From: Macrostomum hystrix
Taxonomy: Eukaryota; Animalia; Platyhelminthes
Length of the DNA stretch: 64,000 nt
NCBI GenBank assembly: GCA_950097015.1
Contig: CATNEN010000009.1
Location: 1,054,001-1,118,000, forward strand
Direction: 5' to 3'
Of this stretch, positions 10,667-22,703 are shown in pieces. Both the position numbers and the translations under genes were made by a program. The notes under the pieces were generated by a model. That model saw only the letters and a program-made list of their open reading frames with translations. It had not been told where the DNA came from and ran no database searches. Every line of letters begins with the position of its first letter. Within the stretch, counting starts at the first letter, position 1.

Positions 10667-11022
10667 GGTGGCAGAGTGGTAAACGCGTTTGCCTCTCGCA
10701 CCACGGTCCCTAAGTTCGATTCCACGGCGAGGCCGCATTCATTTGGGGCGCAGCCGCGGAGAGAAGGCTTGGGGCTTGTCGTGCGATAACGCCCTTGAGG
10801 GCCAATCTCCAAGGCACAGTGAAATGTGCACTGCCTGACGATGAGAAAGTCAGGGCAGATGTACTCACCTGTGTGAGCACATGCTGGCGTACAGTATCTG
10901 TGTGCGTGTGTGCTCAGGAGTCAGCGAAATGGGCAGAATTGCCTCCTCGCTGGCAGCGGGTCTAGTGTCACTAAATGATGTGCCATTACCTGCAGCCCTC
11001 CTGCAATTATTATTATTATTAT
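10667..11022 (+). mobile_element. tRNA-derived SINE, family 2
   Basis: A-box-like TGGCAGAGTGG, B-box-like GTTCGATTCC, (TTA)n tail; copy at 28036 and diverged copy at ~55945. Confidence 0.7.
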
Positions 11023-11061
11023 TTAAGCAAAGATACATTATTCGGTGCCTTGCGCCATTAC

Positions 11062-11296
11062 TGATTGTGCATTCTACTGACATGTAAGAAGTAGGGTGTC
11101 ACAAACATTGATTGTGCATTCTACTGACATGTAAGAAGTAGGGTGTCACAAACATTGATTGTGCATTCCACTGACATGTAAGAAGTAGGGTGTCACAAAC
11201 ATTGATTGTGCATTCTACTGACATGTAAGAAGTAGGGTGTCACAAACATTGATTGTGCATTCTACTGACATGTAAGAAGTAGGGTGTCACAAACAT
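11062..11296. repeat. 47-bp tandem repeat, 5 copies
   Basis: TGATTGTGCATTCTACTGACATGTAAGAAGTAGGGTGTCACAAACAT periodicity. Confidence 0.92.
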
Positions 11297-11763
11297 TTTT
11301 GGCTGTTTTAATATTTGTGAATCCACCAAAAAATGTAAAAAAGTAAGAAGCAGCCAGGGTGGCCGGAAGTAGAGTTAGAGAGGCCAGATGCTGTGAAGAC
11401 TGCCATGCGCAGGCTCAGTAGATGGCGAGTGAAAAAAGGCCATCGAAAGACTTCCTGTCACGCCAGCAGTTGTTCTTGTTATTAGCATTACGTGGGGTGC
11501 AAAAATAAAAGCCTTTGAGGCTCAGATCTGAACAGCTGACCCGGCAGAGACCAAAGGGTGATGGCCTGCGGCGTCTGTGCTGAACTGCCTGACATCAGCA
11601 GGCCTGATGTGCATCTGAAACATTTTTGGCGCTTGCCTCACGGCCTGCGGTTCTGTCTTGCGTCATCATCCGCTGATCTGCTGCTTTCGACTTCTAGAGA
11701 GTCGGATAAATAATTCCACTTTGGCTTCCAACAGGCCACTTACTGTATATTTTTATACTTTAT

Positions 11764-11956
11764 CCATGGACTGGGTGGGACGCCACACCCGCCCTCCAAT
11801 ACCCTGAAGTTACTGCTCCTACCCATTTAATAGCTGCGTGAACTGAACCAACAAAGAGCTAATTGTCTTGCTAAAGAACAAAAATGATTTTGCGCATTCG
11901 GGAATCGAACCTTCGATCTTCAAGTGGTGATGGCAACGCTCTAACCACTAGGCTAC
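11764..11956 (-). mobile_element. tRNA-derived SINE, family 1 (CORE-like body)
   Basis: Minus strand GTAGCCTAGTGGTTAGAGCG...GGTTCGATTCCC, followed by GTTCTTTAGCAAGACAATTAGCTC, resembling the CORE-SINE CCTTGGGCAAGACACTTAAC motif. Confidence 0.65.
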
Positions 11957-12419
11957 AATCGCTACCTTTTTGATACAAAAATGATTAAATTTCCAGATGT
12001 GTAAATATCATGCTTCCATTCCAACTGATGTTTACATGGAACAAGCTTAGGTGTGAAATAGCAAAATCCAACCTGGTGTTGTCAAAACTTGCACACAGTG
12101 CAACAGCCGCTCCACACAGCCAAGATCTGAATCTCCTATTGGCGCAAACTCACAAAGCACCTAATCGAAAGGCTATATTTAAGATCGCCCTCGGACTAGA
12201 AGAGCTTGGAGGAAAACGCTCTGGCCTTTCAAACTGTCACAGAGCCGTTGCCCAACTTCACTTCCAAATTCGGGCCTCGCCGTGAGTGCGCAACTGTGGG
12301 CTGATTAGATAAAGCCGTGAATTCACTTTCAAAAGACTGCGGAAAATCGCAGAGCAGAAACTGCTATCTCCACAATTCTCGCTGACAGGTGCAGGAAAGA
12401 GGAAAACTGCGCAATTTCA

Positions 12420-15400
12420 ATGCGTTCGACAACTACTACTATGCTTGAGCTGCTGCTTCTGCAACTGCTCGCAAGCCTCGGCTCCAGCAGCCAGCCACTG
12501 GGCTCCAACAGTCGCCTGTGCAAGACCATCACCATCACGAACGGACTGTACGAGACCCACCGGAACATCAGCCGACTGCACGCAGAACTCAGCGCCACGG
12601 TGGCCGGATGCCAGTATTTGAACGGCGATCTCAATATCTTGAATGTCGGCGCTGATCCGACATCCGAGCAGCCTCTCGACGACGCTATCCGTGGACTTGA
12701 GACAGACTTTCTCGACTCCATCGTTGAGATCAGCGGGCGGTTGGTCATTAAACGTGTCAACTTGAAGCGACTCACCTTGCGCAACCTGCGGGCTATACGC
12801 GGCTACAATCACGAGAATGTGAGTCCATTCTACTCAATGGAAGTCTGGCAGACGAGATACCCCACCCAACTGGAGCTGCCCAAGCTGAGCGCCATCCTGC
12901 AAGGCAGTGTCAACATGATTGGCACAGTGCATGCGGACCTGTACTGCCATTTGACTCGCAGAGTACACTGGCTGAGTCTGTTTCAAAACCCAGCGCTGCA
13001 AAAATTCATCGATGATGCCTCCCTCATGGCTCTCGGCGACCAACTAATAAGAGTCGATAAGTTCGATGAGATCGAGAGGGCCTGCAGTTCAGTACTGAAT
13101 TGCAGTAGCAGCTGCCACACTGAAAGGTCTGGTCGACAGCTCTGCTGGTCCGACGGGCAAGACGGCTGCCAGAAATTCAACGGATGTCTCGAGCGACCGT
13201 GCCTAAATTGCTACCGACATCCCCAAACACGCACCGAGGAGTGTTGCAACACCGACTGTCTCGGCGGCTGCTCCGACCGGCCTGATGGCTGTTTCTCCTG
13301 TCGCGATGTCATTCTGCATGGGGTTTGCAAGGGCGCGTGTCCACTCAAGTCGGACCCGAACCCTGGCACAAATAGGGTCGACAGTTTCAACTCCAGCATG
13401 AAGCGGGTGGGCCACATCTGTGTGAACAAGTGCGAGATGCCGTTTGTGACGAGCTCCAACGAAGAGCACTGCTTGAGCGAGTGTCCTCAGACTGAGTACC
13501 CGTACCAAGGTGTCTGCAAAAAATGCACCCTGTCGTCTTGCAAGTCATGCACGATCACAAAGCTAATCCTGAATGACGATGAGGCACAGAAGCTCAAGGA
13601 CAGAAACTGCACGACCTGGCGAACGGACGCCTCCTTGGAAGTCAGCGGCGACAAGCTGAGCAGCAAGGCCAGTCTGATGACACTGGAATCACTACAAATA
13701 TTTTATGGTCGCTTGTTTATCAAGAGAAGCGAAGGCCTGGTACAAAATCTAGGAATTCTCAAGAATTTAAAGTTCGTGTCGGACAACTTTGGAATTACGA
13801 CTTTAAAGACAACCTACATTGGTCTCGCCAAGCTCAGATACGCAAAGTCTCTCTTGTTTATGAGGGTGAGCGGTCTGTGCAAGGCTTGGTACCCCAGCAA
13901 CAGAATTCATGAAATCATGGAGGTCACCAAGGAGTTTCCGATATCCATCAGAGACATCAGCTTCGACAACTCGAGCGAAGTGTGCCGAAATGCTGCCTGC
14001 GACCCTCAGTGCAGAGACGAGTGCTGGGGACCCGGACCGGACATGTGCGTGGCCTGCAGGAACTTCGAGGTGGACGGTCGCTGTCATGCCACGTGCAAGC
14101 ATGCAGGCCGATATCAGCTAGGCTCCTCGTGTCTGCCGTGCCACAGTGAGTGCGACGGCGGCTGCAGCGGTCCGAGCGCTTCCGAGTGCGAGCGATGCCG
14201 AAACCTGAAGGAGGACGACAAGTGCGTGGCCTCCTGCAGTCGAGAAATGCGCGCGAGCTCAAAGGGCGTCTGCTACTCGGTGGCGACAGCGAGGCTCTTT
14301 GCTGTCGGCATCGGCGTCGGCCTGCTGATTCTGCTGCTTCTGCTGCTGCTGCCGCTCGCCTACCTGCACTACCGCAAGCGAATGCGAAAGTACGAGATGG
14401 TCGACCTGGACGAGTACCTAAAGGATCCGAGCAATCCGAGCGACATGGCGAAGCTGCTGATTGTGAACGACGACGATGTGGTGAAGCAGAAGGAGATCGG
14501 CAGCGGCGCGTTCGGCACCGTGTACAAGGGCATTCTGAGGTCCAGCACAAACAAGGGAGTGCGCGAGCTGCCTGTGGCCATCAAGGTGTTGCGCGGTCAC
14601 AGTCCGAAGCTGGGACAGGAGCTGCTGAATGAGGCGAGTGTCCTGGCCAGAGTGCAGCATCCGTGCTGCATCCGGCTGGTGGCTCTGTGCCTGACCCAGG
14701 AGCCGCAGCTGATCACGGCGCTGATGCCTCGAGGCTGTCTGCTGGAGTTCCTGCGAACTCACCACAACCAAATCGGAGCGGAGCGAATGCTGCGTTGGGG
14801 CCTGCAGGTGGCAGAGGGCATGGAGTACCTGGAGTCTCTCGGCATTGTACACCGCGACCTGGCTGCTCGCAACGTGCTGCTTCAGTCTCCGGATCAGGTC
14901 CGCATCACGGACTTCGGTCTGGCTCGCCTGCTGAACCTGTCGGAGGGCGAGTTCGTCCAGACTGCGGGCCTCCTTCCAGTGAAGTGGCTCGGCGTGGAGT
15001 GCTTCGAGTCCGGACTTTTTAGCCACAAGTCGGATGTGTGGAGCTACGGAGTGCTTCTGTGGGAGATCTGCACCTTCGGCGAGTCGCCCTACAACCCGTA
15101 CGGAATTCGGTCGGTCGAGGACATCACAGGGCTGCTGAAGAAGGGCATCCGACTGAACCAGCCCGACATCTGCAGCATCGACTTCTACAACATCCTGCTG
15201 AGCTGCTGGCTGCCTCAGCCGGAGTCTCGACCGAGCTTCCGCGACTTGGTGGACACAATGACCGAGTGCCTGAATATTCCGTCCAAGTACATTGCCCAGG
15301 GCTACAGCATCGCTGATCCGGAGATGGGCACCGATGATGCCTTCGGCGATGTCAAAGAGATGTCCCTGTCGTCGCTGGCGAAAAAGAGCGGTGGCGGCCG

Positions 15401-15683
15401 CAGGTTCGTTTGCAGTCACGACAAGCACGGCTTGGAGCTGAATGCGTATATCTCAGACCCGACCAGCCGCTACGCACCGCAGCTGCGCCACCCTCCGGTG
15501 GGTCCAGTGAGTTCCAGCGACACCAGCGAGAGCTCCAAGCTGCTGTGCGGCCAGTTCAGTGTTCAGTCCGAGCCGGACGACTATCTGACCCCGACATCGC
15601 CGAGCGGCGTAAATGGAAGCAGCGATGCAGCTGAAGGTTCAAACGGCGTCTTGGATGACTACCTGACGCCGAAGAAGGCTTGA
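12420..15683 (+). CDS. EGFR: EGFR-like RTK, type A (1087 aa): signal peptide, L1-CR1-L2-CR2, TM, kinase, tail
   Basis: Intronless ORF; two L domains separated by furin-like Cys repeats; GSGAFG, VAIK, HRDLAARN, DFG; QLITALMPRGCLL matches the EGFR hinge region. Confidence 0.95.
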   Translation: MRSTTTTMLELLLLQLLASLGSSSQPLGSNSRLCKTITITNGLYETHRNISRLHAELSATVAGCQYLNGDLNILNVGADPTSEQPLDDAIRGLETDFLDSIVEISGRLVIKRVNLKRLTLRNLRAIRGYNHENVSPFYSMEVWQTRYPTQLELPKLSAILQGSVNMIGTVHADLYCHLTRRVHWLSLFQNPALQKFIDDASLMALGDQLIRVDKFDEIERACSSVLNCSSSCHTERSGRQLCWSDGQDGCQKFNGCLERPCLNCYRHPQTRTEECCNTDCLGGCSDRPDGCFSCRDVILHGVCKGACPLKSDPNPGTNRVDSFNSSMKRVGHICVNKCEMPFVTSSNEEHCLSECPQTEYPYQGVCKKCTLSSCKSCTITKLILNDDEAQKLKDRNCTTWRTDASLEVSGDKLSSKASLMTLESLQIFYGRLFIKRSEGLVQNLGILKNLKFVSDNFGITTLKTTYIGLAKLRYAKSLLFMRVSGLCKAWYPSNRIHEIMEVTKEFPISIRDISFDNSSEVCRNAACDPQCRDECWGPGPDMCVACRNFEVDGRCHATCKHAGRYQLGSSCLPCHSECDGGCSGPSASECERCRNLKEDDKCVASCSREMRASSKGVCYSVATARLFAVGIGVGLLILLLLLLLPLAYLHYRKRMRKYEMVDLDEYLKDPSNPSDMAKLLIVNDDDVVKQKEIGSGAFGTVYKGILRSSTNKGVRELPVAIKVLRGHSPKLGQELLNEASVLARVQHPCCIRLVALCLTQEPQLITALMPRGCLLEFLRTHHNQIGAERMLRWGLQVAEGMEYLESLGIVHRDLAARNVLLQSPDQVRITDFGLARLLNLSEGEFVQTAGLLPVKWLGVECFESGLFSHKSDVWSYGVLLWEICTFGESPYNPYGIRSVEDITGLLKKGIRLNQPDICSIDFYNILLSCWLPQPESRPSFRDLVDTMTECLNIPSKYIAQGYSIADPEMGTDDAFGDVKEMSLSSLAKKSGGGRRFVCSHDKHGLELNAYISDPTSRYAPQLRHPPVGPVSSSDTSESSKLLCGQFSVQSEPDDYLTPTSPSGVNGSSDAAEGSNGVLDDYLTPKKA

Positions 15684-16694
15684 GCCTCTGGACTCTCTGT
15701 TTCGTGAGTTTGAAGTTGCAGTGGCGTAAATGACTGATTTATTTGTAACACATTTTTTTTGCTGCATAGCTACCTAGGTTTCATTGGCTACTGGCCAGAC
15801 AGATTCGGATATACTTTTGTTTTACTTACTCGATACGCTCGAAAATGGGAAGAATTCATCGCTAATACCCGATGTTGAATTGAATTTTAACGTACAGTTT
15901 TTCTATAACACTGTGAGTATGGCAATAGCCCATGCAAGGGTCATCGCCGGAACTTCGTGATTCAGGCATGTTTGCTGTCAGCTGTCAGCTGAGTGGTAAC
16001 TTCCCAACCTTTTCAGAAGAAATATCTCCCCTTGCCGTAGAGATTTCGCTTATGTATAATATACTACGCAATACCGAATCGAGTTTGTTAATCCTAATCC
16101 CTTTTTTTCCTCGATCCAGGCGCTGTATAATGTACCAGAACTCATTTTTTTAATCTAAGGACTTTGTACGCTACATTCGCTTACATTAAAGCAGTACTTT
16201 AATCACTTTCTCTTGAGTTGCCATTTGAGCAGTAATGTTTGTATAAATGCACTTTTATTTGTCGCTCATGTCTGCACTGTTGTACGTCGCAAATTCAATA
16301 TTGCTACAAGCATAGTCTCCAATCTGATCTGCACTTTCGTTGCCATGGAATTACCCAGTAATTTATGATTTTCTAATTCAATGGCCTTCTGCAGCGAATA
16401 TGTTTAGACTCCAGTGAGCTGCCTCAGCCAAATGCGCAGCCAGAAGACCCTGTGAAAAGTTTTCGAAATCGCAAATAAACTAAATGTTTAGCAGACAAAT
16501 GAAATCGCTTAACTTTTTCTGGTTCGCCTGTCATTTTTAGGGCTATATTTTAGCTGTTGGTGCCTGGCCAAGTGTGTAAGTAAGATGAAGACAAATAGCA
16601 GTTCACAGCTGTTTACAGCCCAGTCCACTGAGTAGTCACTGCACCTACGAGCTACTCTATAGTGAATAGGGAATAAGGTGCCTTGCTCGAGATT

Positions 16695-16937
16695 CGGGTG
16701 GCTTTCACAAGACCGCAATTTCACAACGCCGAAAATTCTTGCACTGTCCATTCATACGACCGAAACTTCACAAGACCGAAATTTCACAACGCCGAAAAAT
16801 AAAAATGCAGAAGGACAGTGCAAGACTTTTCGGCGTTGTGAAATTTCGGTCTTGTGAAGTTTCTGTCTTGTGAAGTTTCTGTCTTATGAAGTTTCTGTCT
16901 TATAAAAAATGTGTTTCGGCGTTGTGAAAGCCATCCC
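16695..16937. mobile_element. MITE-like foldback element, 243 bp
   Basis: Termini CGGGTGGCTTTCACAA and TTGTGAAAGCCATCCC, internal inverted subrepeats, GAGATT direct repeat on both flanks. Confidence 0.65.
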
Positions 16938-17498
16938 GAGATTGTAACTGCTCTAGGCACTGGTCTCCGGCCTAGTTTTAATTAATTAAATTTATAATTA
17001 ATTGCATATCCAGTTTAAATTTTTGCATAACGAAGCAGTTATAACAGTAGTTGCAATCTCGTCTCCGTGTCAGAAAATATTTACGAGCATAATTTTCATG
17101 AAATTCAATAAGCATTTAACACTATGGCAATGGTGCAGTCGCACTGCCGCAGCTGTTGAGGTCGGGTGCAAGCTGGTCCTGCATCTGGGACTTAATAATT
17201 GCCAGCTGTTTGCCCGTGCTTACACATTCAGCCGCAAAACTTTAATAAAACAAAAACTCCTCTCAGGTAAACCGATTTCCACAAAATTCAGGAAATTAGT
17301 AAAATTTGCAGCACTACAACTTCTAGTGTTTAATAACTGGAAAATTGTATCATTTGTTTTTATTAGCTTTCGTTATAACTTATATCGATTATTCATTACT
17401 CAACTATTGCCATATTTCTAAGATGCAAAATCTGAAAGATGCAAAAGTTTTGGCAGGGCACTTTTCAGGTTCTCCACCCAGAACTCGACGGCGTAACG

Positions 17499-17699
17499 CT
17501 GCAACTCATTAGCTAACACTTATCTAATTATATGGCCTCTGCAACTCATTAGCTAACACTTATCTAATTATATGGCCTCTGCAACTCATTAGCTAACACT
17601 TATCTAATTATATGGCCTCTGCAACTCATTAGCTAACACTTATCTAATTATATGGCCTCTGCAACTCATTAGCTAACACTTATCTAATTATATGGCCTC
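17499..17699. repeat. 40-bp tandem repeat, 5 copies
   Basis: CTGCAACTCATTAGCTAACACTTATCTAATTATATGGCCT periodicity. Confidence 0.92.
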
Positions 17700-17760
17700 A
17701 AAGAAGCATTTTATTATTTGTGTCTCACACTCGGCCGAAAAAATAAACAATGCGTGCCGT

Positions 17761-19460
17761 ACACTCATGAATGCTGACTTCAGGGCTAGGACACTCATGA
17801 ATGCTGACTTCAGGGCTAGGACACTCATGAATGCTGACTTCAGGGCTAGGACACTCATGAATGCTGACTTCAGGGCCAGGACACTCATGAATGCTGACTT
17901 CAGGGCCAGGACACTCATGAATGCTGACTTCAGGGCCAGGACACTCATGAATGCTGACTTCAGGGCTAGGACACTCATGAATGCTGACTTCAGGGCTAGG
18001 ACACTCATGAATGCTGACTTCAGGACTAGGACACTCATGAATGCTGACTTCAGGGCTAGGACACTCATGAATGCTGACTTCAGGGCTAGGACACTCATGA
18101 ATGCTGACTTCAGGGCTAGGACACTCATGAATGCTGACTTCAGGGCTAGGACACTCATGAATGCTGACTTCAGGGCCAGGACACTCATGAATGCTGACTT
18201 CAGGGCCAGGACACTCATGAATGCTGACTTCAGGGCCAGGACACTCATGAATGCTGACTTCAGGGCCAGGACACTCATGAATGCTGACTTCAGGGCTAGG
18301 ACACTCATGAATGCTGACTTCAGGGCCAGGACACTCATGAATGCTGACTTCAGGGCCAGGACACTCATGAATGCTGACTTCAGGGCCAGGACACTCATGA
18401 ATGCTGACTTCAGGGCTAGGACACTCATGAATGCTGACTTCAGGGCTAGGACACTCATGAATGCTGACTTCAGGGCTAGGACACTCATGAATGCTGACTT
18501 CAGGGCCAGGACACTCATGAATGCTGACTTCAGGGCTAGGACACTCATGAATGCTGACTTCAGGGCTAGGACACTCATGAATGCTGACTTCAGGGCTAGG
18601 ACACTCATGAATGCTGACTTCAGGGCTAGGACACTCATGAATGCTGACTTCAGGGCCAGGACACTCATGAATGCTGACTTCAGGGCCAGGACACTCATGA
18701 ATGCTGACTTCAGGGCCAGGACACTCATGAATGCTGACTTCAGGGCCAGGACACTCATGAATGCTGACTTCAGGGCTAGGACACTCATGAATGCTGACTT
18801 CAGGACTAGGACACTCATGAATGCTGACTTCAGGGCTAGGACACTCATGAATGCTGACTTCGGGGATAGGACACTCATGAATGCTGACTTCAGGGCTAGG
18901 ACACTCATGAATGCTGACTTCAGGGCTAGGACACTCATGAATGCTGACTTCAGGGCCAGGACACTCATGAATGCTGACTTCAGGGCTAGGACACTCATGA
19001 ATGCTGACTTCAGGGCCAGGACACTCATGAATGCTGACTTCAGGGCCAGGACACTCATGAATGCTGACTTCAGGGCCAGGACACTCATGAATGCTGACTT
19101 CAGGGCTAGGACACTCATGAATGCTGACTTCAGGGCCAGGACACTCATGAATGCTGACTTCAGGGCCAGGACACTCATGAATGCTGACTTCAGGGCTAGG
19201 ACACTCATGAATGCTGACTTCAGGGCTAGGACACTCATGAATGCTGACTTCAGGGTCAGGACACTCATGAATGCTGACTTCAGGGCTAGGACACTCATGA
19301 ATGCTGACTTCAGGGCCAGGACACTCATGAATGCTGACTTTAGGTTCAGGACACTCATGAATGTTGACTTCAGGTTCAGGACACTCATGAATGCTGACTT
19401 CAGGGCTAGGACACTCATGAATGCTGACTTCAGGGCCAGGACACTCATGAATGCTGACTT
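17761..19460. repeat. 30-bp minisatellite, ~57 copies
   Basis: Same unit as 1365-2434. Confidence 0.97.
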
Positions 19461-19805
19461 ACTTCAGGTTTAGGAAAGTGAAGAGTAGGACTAACACATT
19501 TACCAAGGAATAATTGGTTAATAGAATATGTAAATAGTACTAGCAGTAGTAGAATAGTCTGTTGCTTGTTTAATTGGTGGCCCCAGAAAGTGGCCAACAA
19601 AACCATGCTTTTTGATCAACATAGAACAAGAATTTGAATATCATTTCACTGCAGAGAACTTTAAATTAAAATATGAAAGAAGACAACAGCATCAATGACA
19701 GACTGACTCAACAGGAGTGCAAATAACAGGATCTAGCAAGTCCGAGTTCTTGAAGTTTGAGCTCTCAGAGCCTCACGAGCCGCTGCGTTTCCGTGGCCGC
19801 CCGAC

Positions 19806-19859
19806 TCACTCGATCGGTGGCAGCAGCTTCGCCAGGAACTGCTTCATGTCCGCCATCTC
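19806..19859 (-). pseudogene. Second orphan copy of the LYPLA terminal exon
   Basis: Identical to 44173-44226, with acceptor and 3' flank but no upstream exons. Confidence 0.85.
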
Positions 19860-19886
19860 CTGTGGTGCGAGCAACAAGAATTGGTG

Positions 19887-21934
19887 ACTGCAGCCACTGT
19901 CACATCAGACACTGCACCCACTGCCACACCTGACACTGCAGCCACTGTCACATCAGACACTGCACCCACTGCCACATCAGACACTGCACCCACTGCCACA
20001 CCTGACACTGCAGCCACTGTGACATCAGACACCCTGCCTTCACCCACTGTCACACCAGACACTGCAGCCACTGCCACATCAGACACTGCAGCCACTGTCA
20101 CATCAGACACTGCACCCACTGCCACATCAGACACTGCACCCACTGCCACATCAGACACTGCACCCACTGCCACACCTGACACTGCAGCCACTGTCACATC
20201 AGACACTGCACCCACTGCCACATCAGACACTGCACCCACTGCCACATCAGACACTGCACCCACTGCCACATCAGACACTGCAGCCACTGCCACATCAGAC
20301 ACTGCACCCACTGCCACACCTGACACTGCAGCCACTGTCACATCAGACACTGCACCCACTGCCACATCAGACACTGCACCCACTGCCACACCTGACACTG
20401 CAGCCACTGTCACATCAGACACTGCACCCACTGCCACATCAGACACTGCACCCACTGCCACATCAGACACTGCACCCACTGCCACATCAGACACTGCAGC
20501 CACTGCCACATCAGACACTGCACCCACTGCCACACCTGACACTGCAGCCACTGTCACATCAGACACTGCACCCACTGCCACATCAGACACTGCAGCCACT
20601 GCCACATCAGACACTGCACCCACTGCCACATCAGACACTGCACCCACTGCCACATCAGACACTGCACCCACTGCCACATCAGACACTGCAGCCACTGCCA
20701 CATCAGACACTGCACCCACTGCCACATCAGACACTGCACCCACTGCCACATCAGACACTGCACCCACTACCACACCTGACACTGCAGCCACTGTGACATC
20801 AGACACCCTGCCTTCACCCACTGCCACATCAGACACCCTGCCTTCACCCACTGCCACATCAGACACTGCACCCACTGTGACATCAGACACCCTGACTTCA
20901 CCCACTGCCACATCAGAAACTGCACCCACTGCCACACCTGACACTGCAGCCACTGTCACATCAGACACTGCACCCACTGCCACATCAGACACTGCACCCA
21001 CTGCCACATCAGACACTGCACCCACTGCCACACCTGACACTGCAGCCACTGTCACATCAGACACTGCACCCACTGCCACATCAGACACTGCAGCCACTGC
21101 CACATCAGACACTGCACCCACTGCCACATCAGACACTGCACCCACTGCCACATCAGACACTGCACCCACTGCCACATCAGACACTGCACCCACTGCCACA
21201 TCAGACACTGCACCCACTGCCACACCTGACACTGCAGCCACTGTCACATCAGACACTGCACCCACTGCCACATCAGACACTGCACCCACTGCCACACCTG
21301 ACACTGCAGCCACTGTCACATCAGACACTGCACCCACTGCCACATCAGACACTGCAGCCACTGCCACATCAGACACTGCACCCACTGCCACATCAGACAC
21401 TGCACCCACTGCCACACCTGACACTGCAGCCACTGTCACATCAGACACTGCACCCACTGCCACATCAGACACTGCAGCCACTGCCACATCAGACACTGCA
21501 CCCACTGCCACATCAGACACTGCACCCACTGCCACATCAGACACTGCAGCCACTGCCACATCAGACACTGCACCCACTGCCACATCAGACACTGCAGCCA
21601 CTGCCACATCAGACACTGCAGCCACTGCCACATCAGACACTGCACCCACTGCCACATCAGACACTGCACCCACTGCCACATCAGACACTGCACCCACTGC
21701 CACACCTGACACTGCAGCCACTGTCACATCAGACACTGCACCCACTGCCACATCAGACACTGCAGCCACTGCCACATCAGACACTGCACCCACTGCCACA
21801 TCAGACACTGCACCCACTGCCACATCAGACACTGCACCCACTGCCACACCTGACACTGCAGCCACTGTGACATCAGACACCCTGCCTTCACCCACTGTCA
21901 CACCAGACACTGCAGCCACTGCCACATCAGACAC
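19887..21934. repeat. 24-bp minisatellite, ~85 copies; duplicated LYPLA intron
   Basis: 24-bp periodicity. Confidence 0.95.
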
Positions 21935-22295
21935 CACATCCCACACAGTCAGGACCATTCAATTGACATCCCACACAGTCAGGACCATTCAATTGGAATC
22001 CCACACAGTCAAGACGATCCAATTGACATCCCACACAGTCAGGACCATTCAATTGGCATCCCACACAGTCAAGACGATCCAATTGACATCCCACACAGTC
22101 AAGACCATTCAATTGGCATCCCACACGGTCAAGACCATTCAATTGGCATCCCACACGGTCAAGACCATTCAATTGGCATCCCACACAGTCAAGACGATTA
22201 AATTGACATCTCACACAGTCAGGACCATTCAATTGACATCCCACACAGTCAAGACCATTCAATTGACATCTCACACGGTCGGGACCTATCATTTG
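21935..22295. repeat. Second 30-bp minisatellite, ~12 copies
   Basis: Same unit as 4256-4586, one extra copy. Confidence 0.92.
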
Positions 22296-22703
22296 CCACC
22301 CCATGCACGCAGTTATAATCAGTCAGTCTCACACCGACTGCATAAATCTGCTTGACTTTTGCTCTACAGAAAGTACAACCGCGAGGGCTCCGAGAGTGCG
22401 CTATTCACGCAGCCAATGAGAGCCCAGAACCAACAGCAGCCAGTAAAGCAACAGAATTTTGGCGTTATTGGGCTGCAACTCGACCCGCCTCTCCCAGTGG
22501 ATTCGCTCTGCTTGTGAAGAAAGGCATTTAAGCGCTCTCCTCGATACAAGCGTAGAAGAGAAGAACGTTACCAGAATTTCATTTCTGAATCTGGGCGTCA
22601 AAGATTCACTTCTAAGAGACTTTCGCAACACAGACAGGAGCAGCAACAATCTTCTGACTGAAGAAAGTTACTCAGCACGATAGCCTTCAGGTGTCAACTT
22701 TCG

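Larger units (their letters stand above)
4256..21934. other. Tandem segmental duplication unit (~17.7 kb; derived, deletion-bearing)
   Basis: Collinear and near-identical to 21935-45681 apart from several indels; same junction sequence at 4255/4256 and 21934/21935. Confidence 0.9.

Noticed and set aside
11062-11296. 47-bp and 40-bp five-copy repeats as possible CRISPR arrays
   Set aside because: Units are contiguous with no unique spacers, in a eukaryotic context with no cas genes.
11890-11956. tRNA gene
   Set aside because: A and B boxes are present, but I could not form a convincing acceptor and anticodon stem, and it runs into a SINE-like body.
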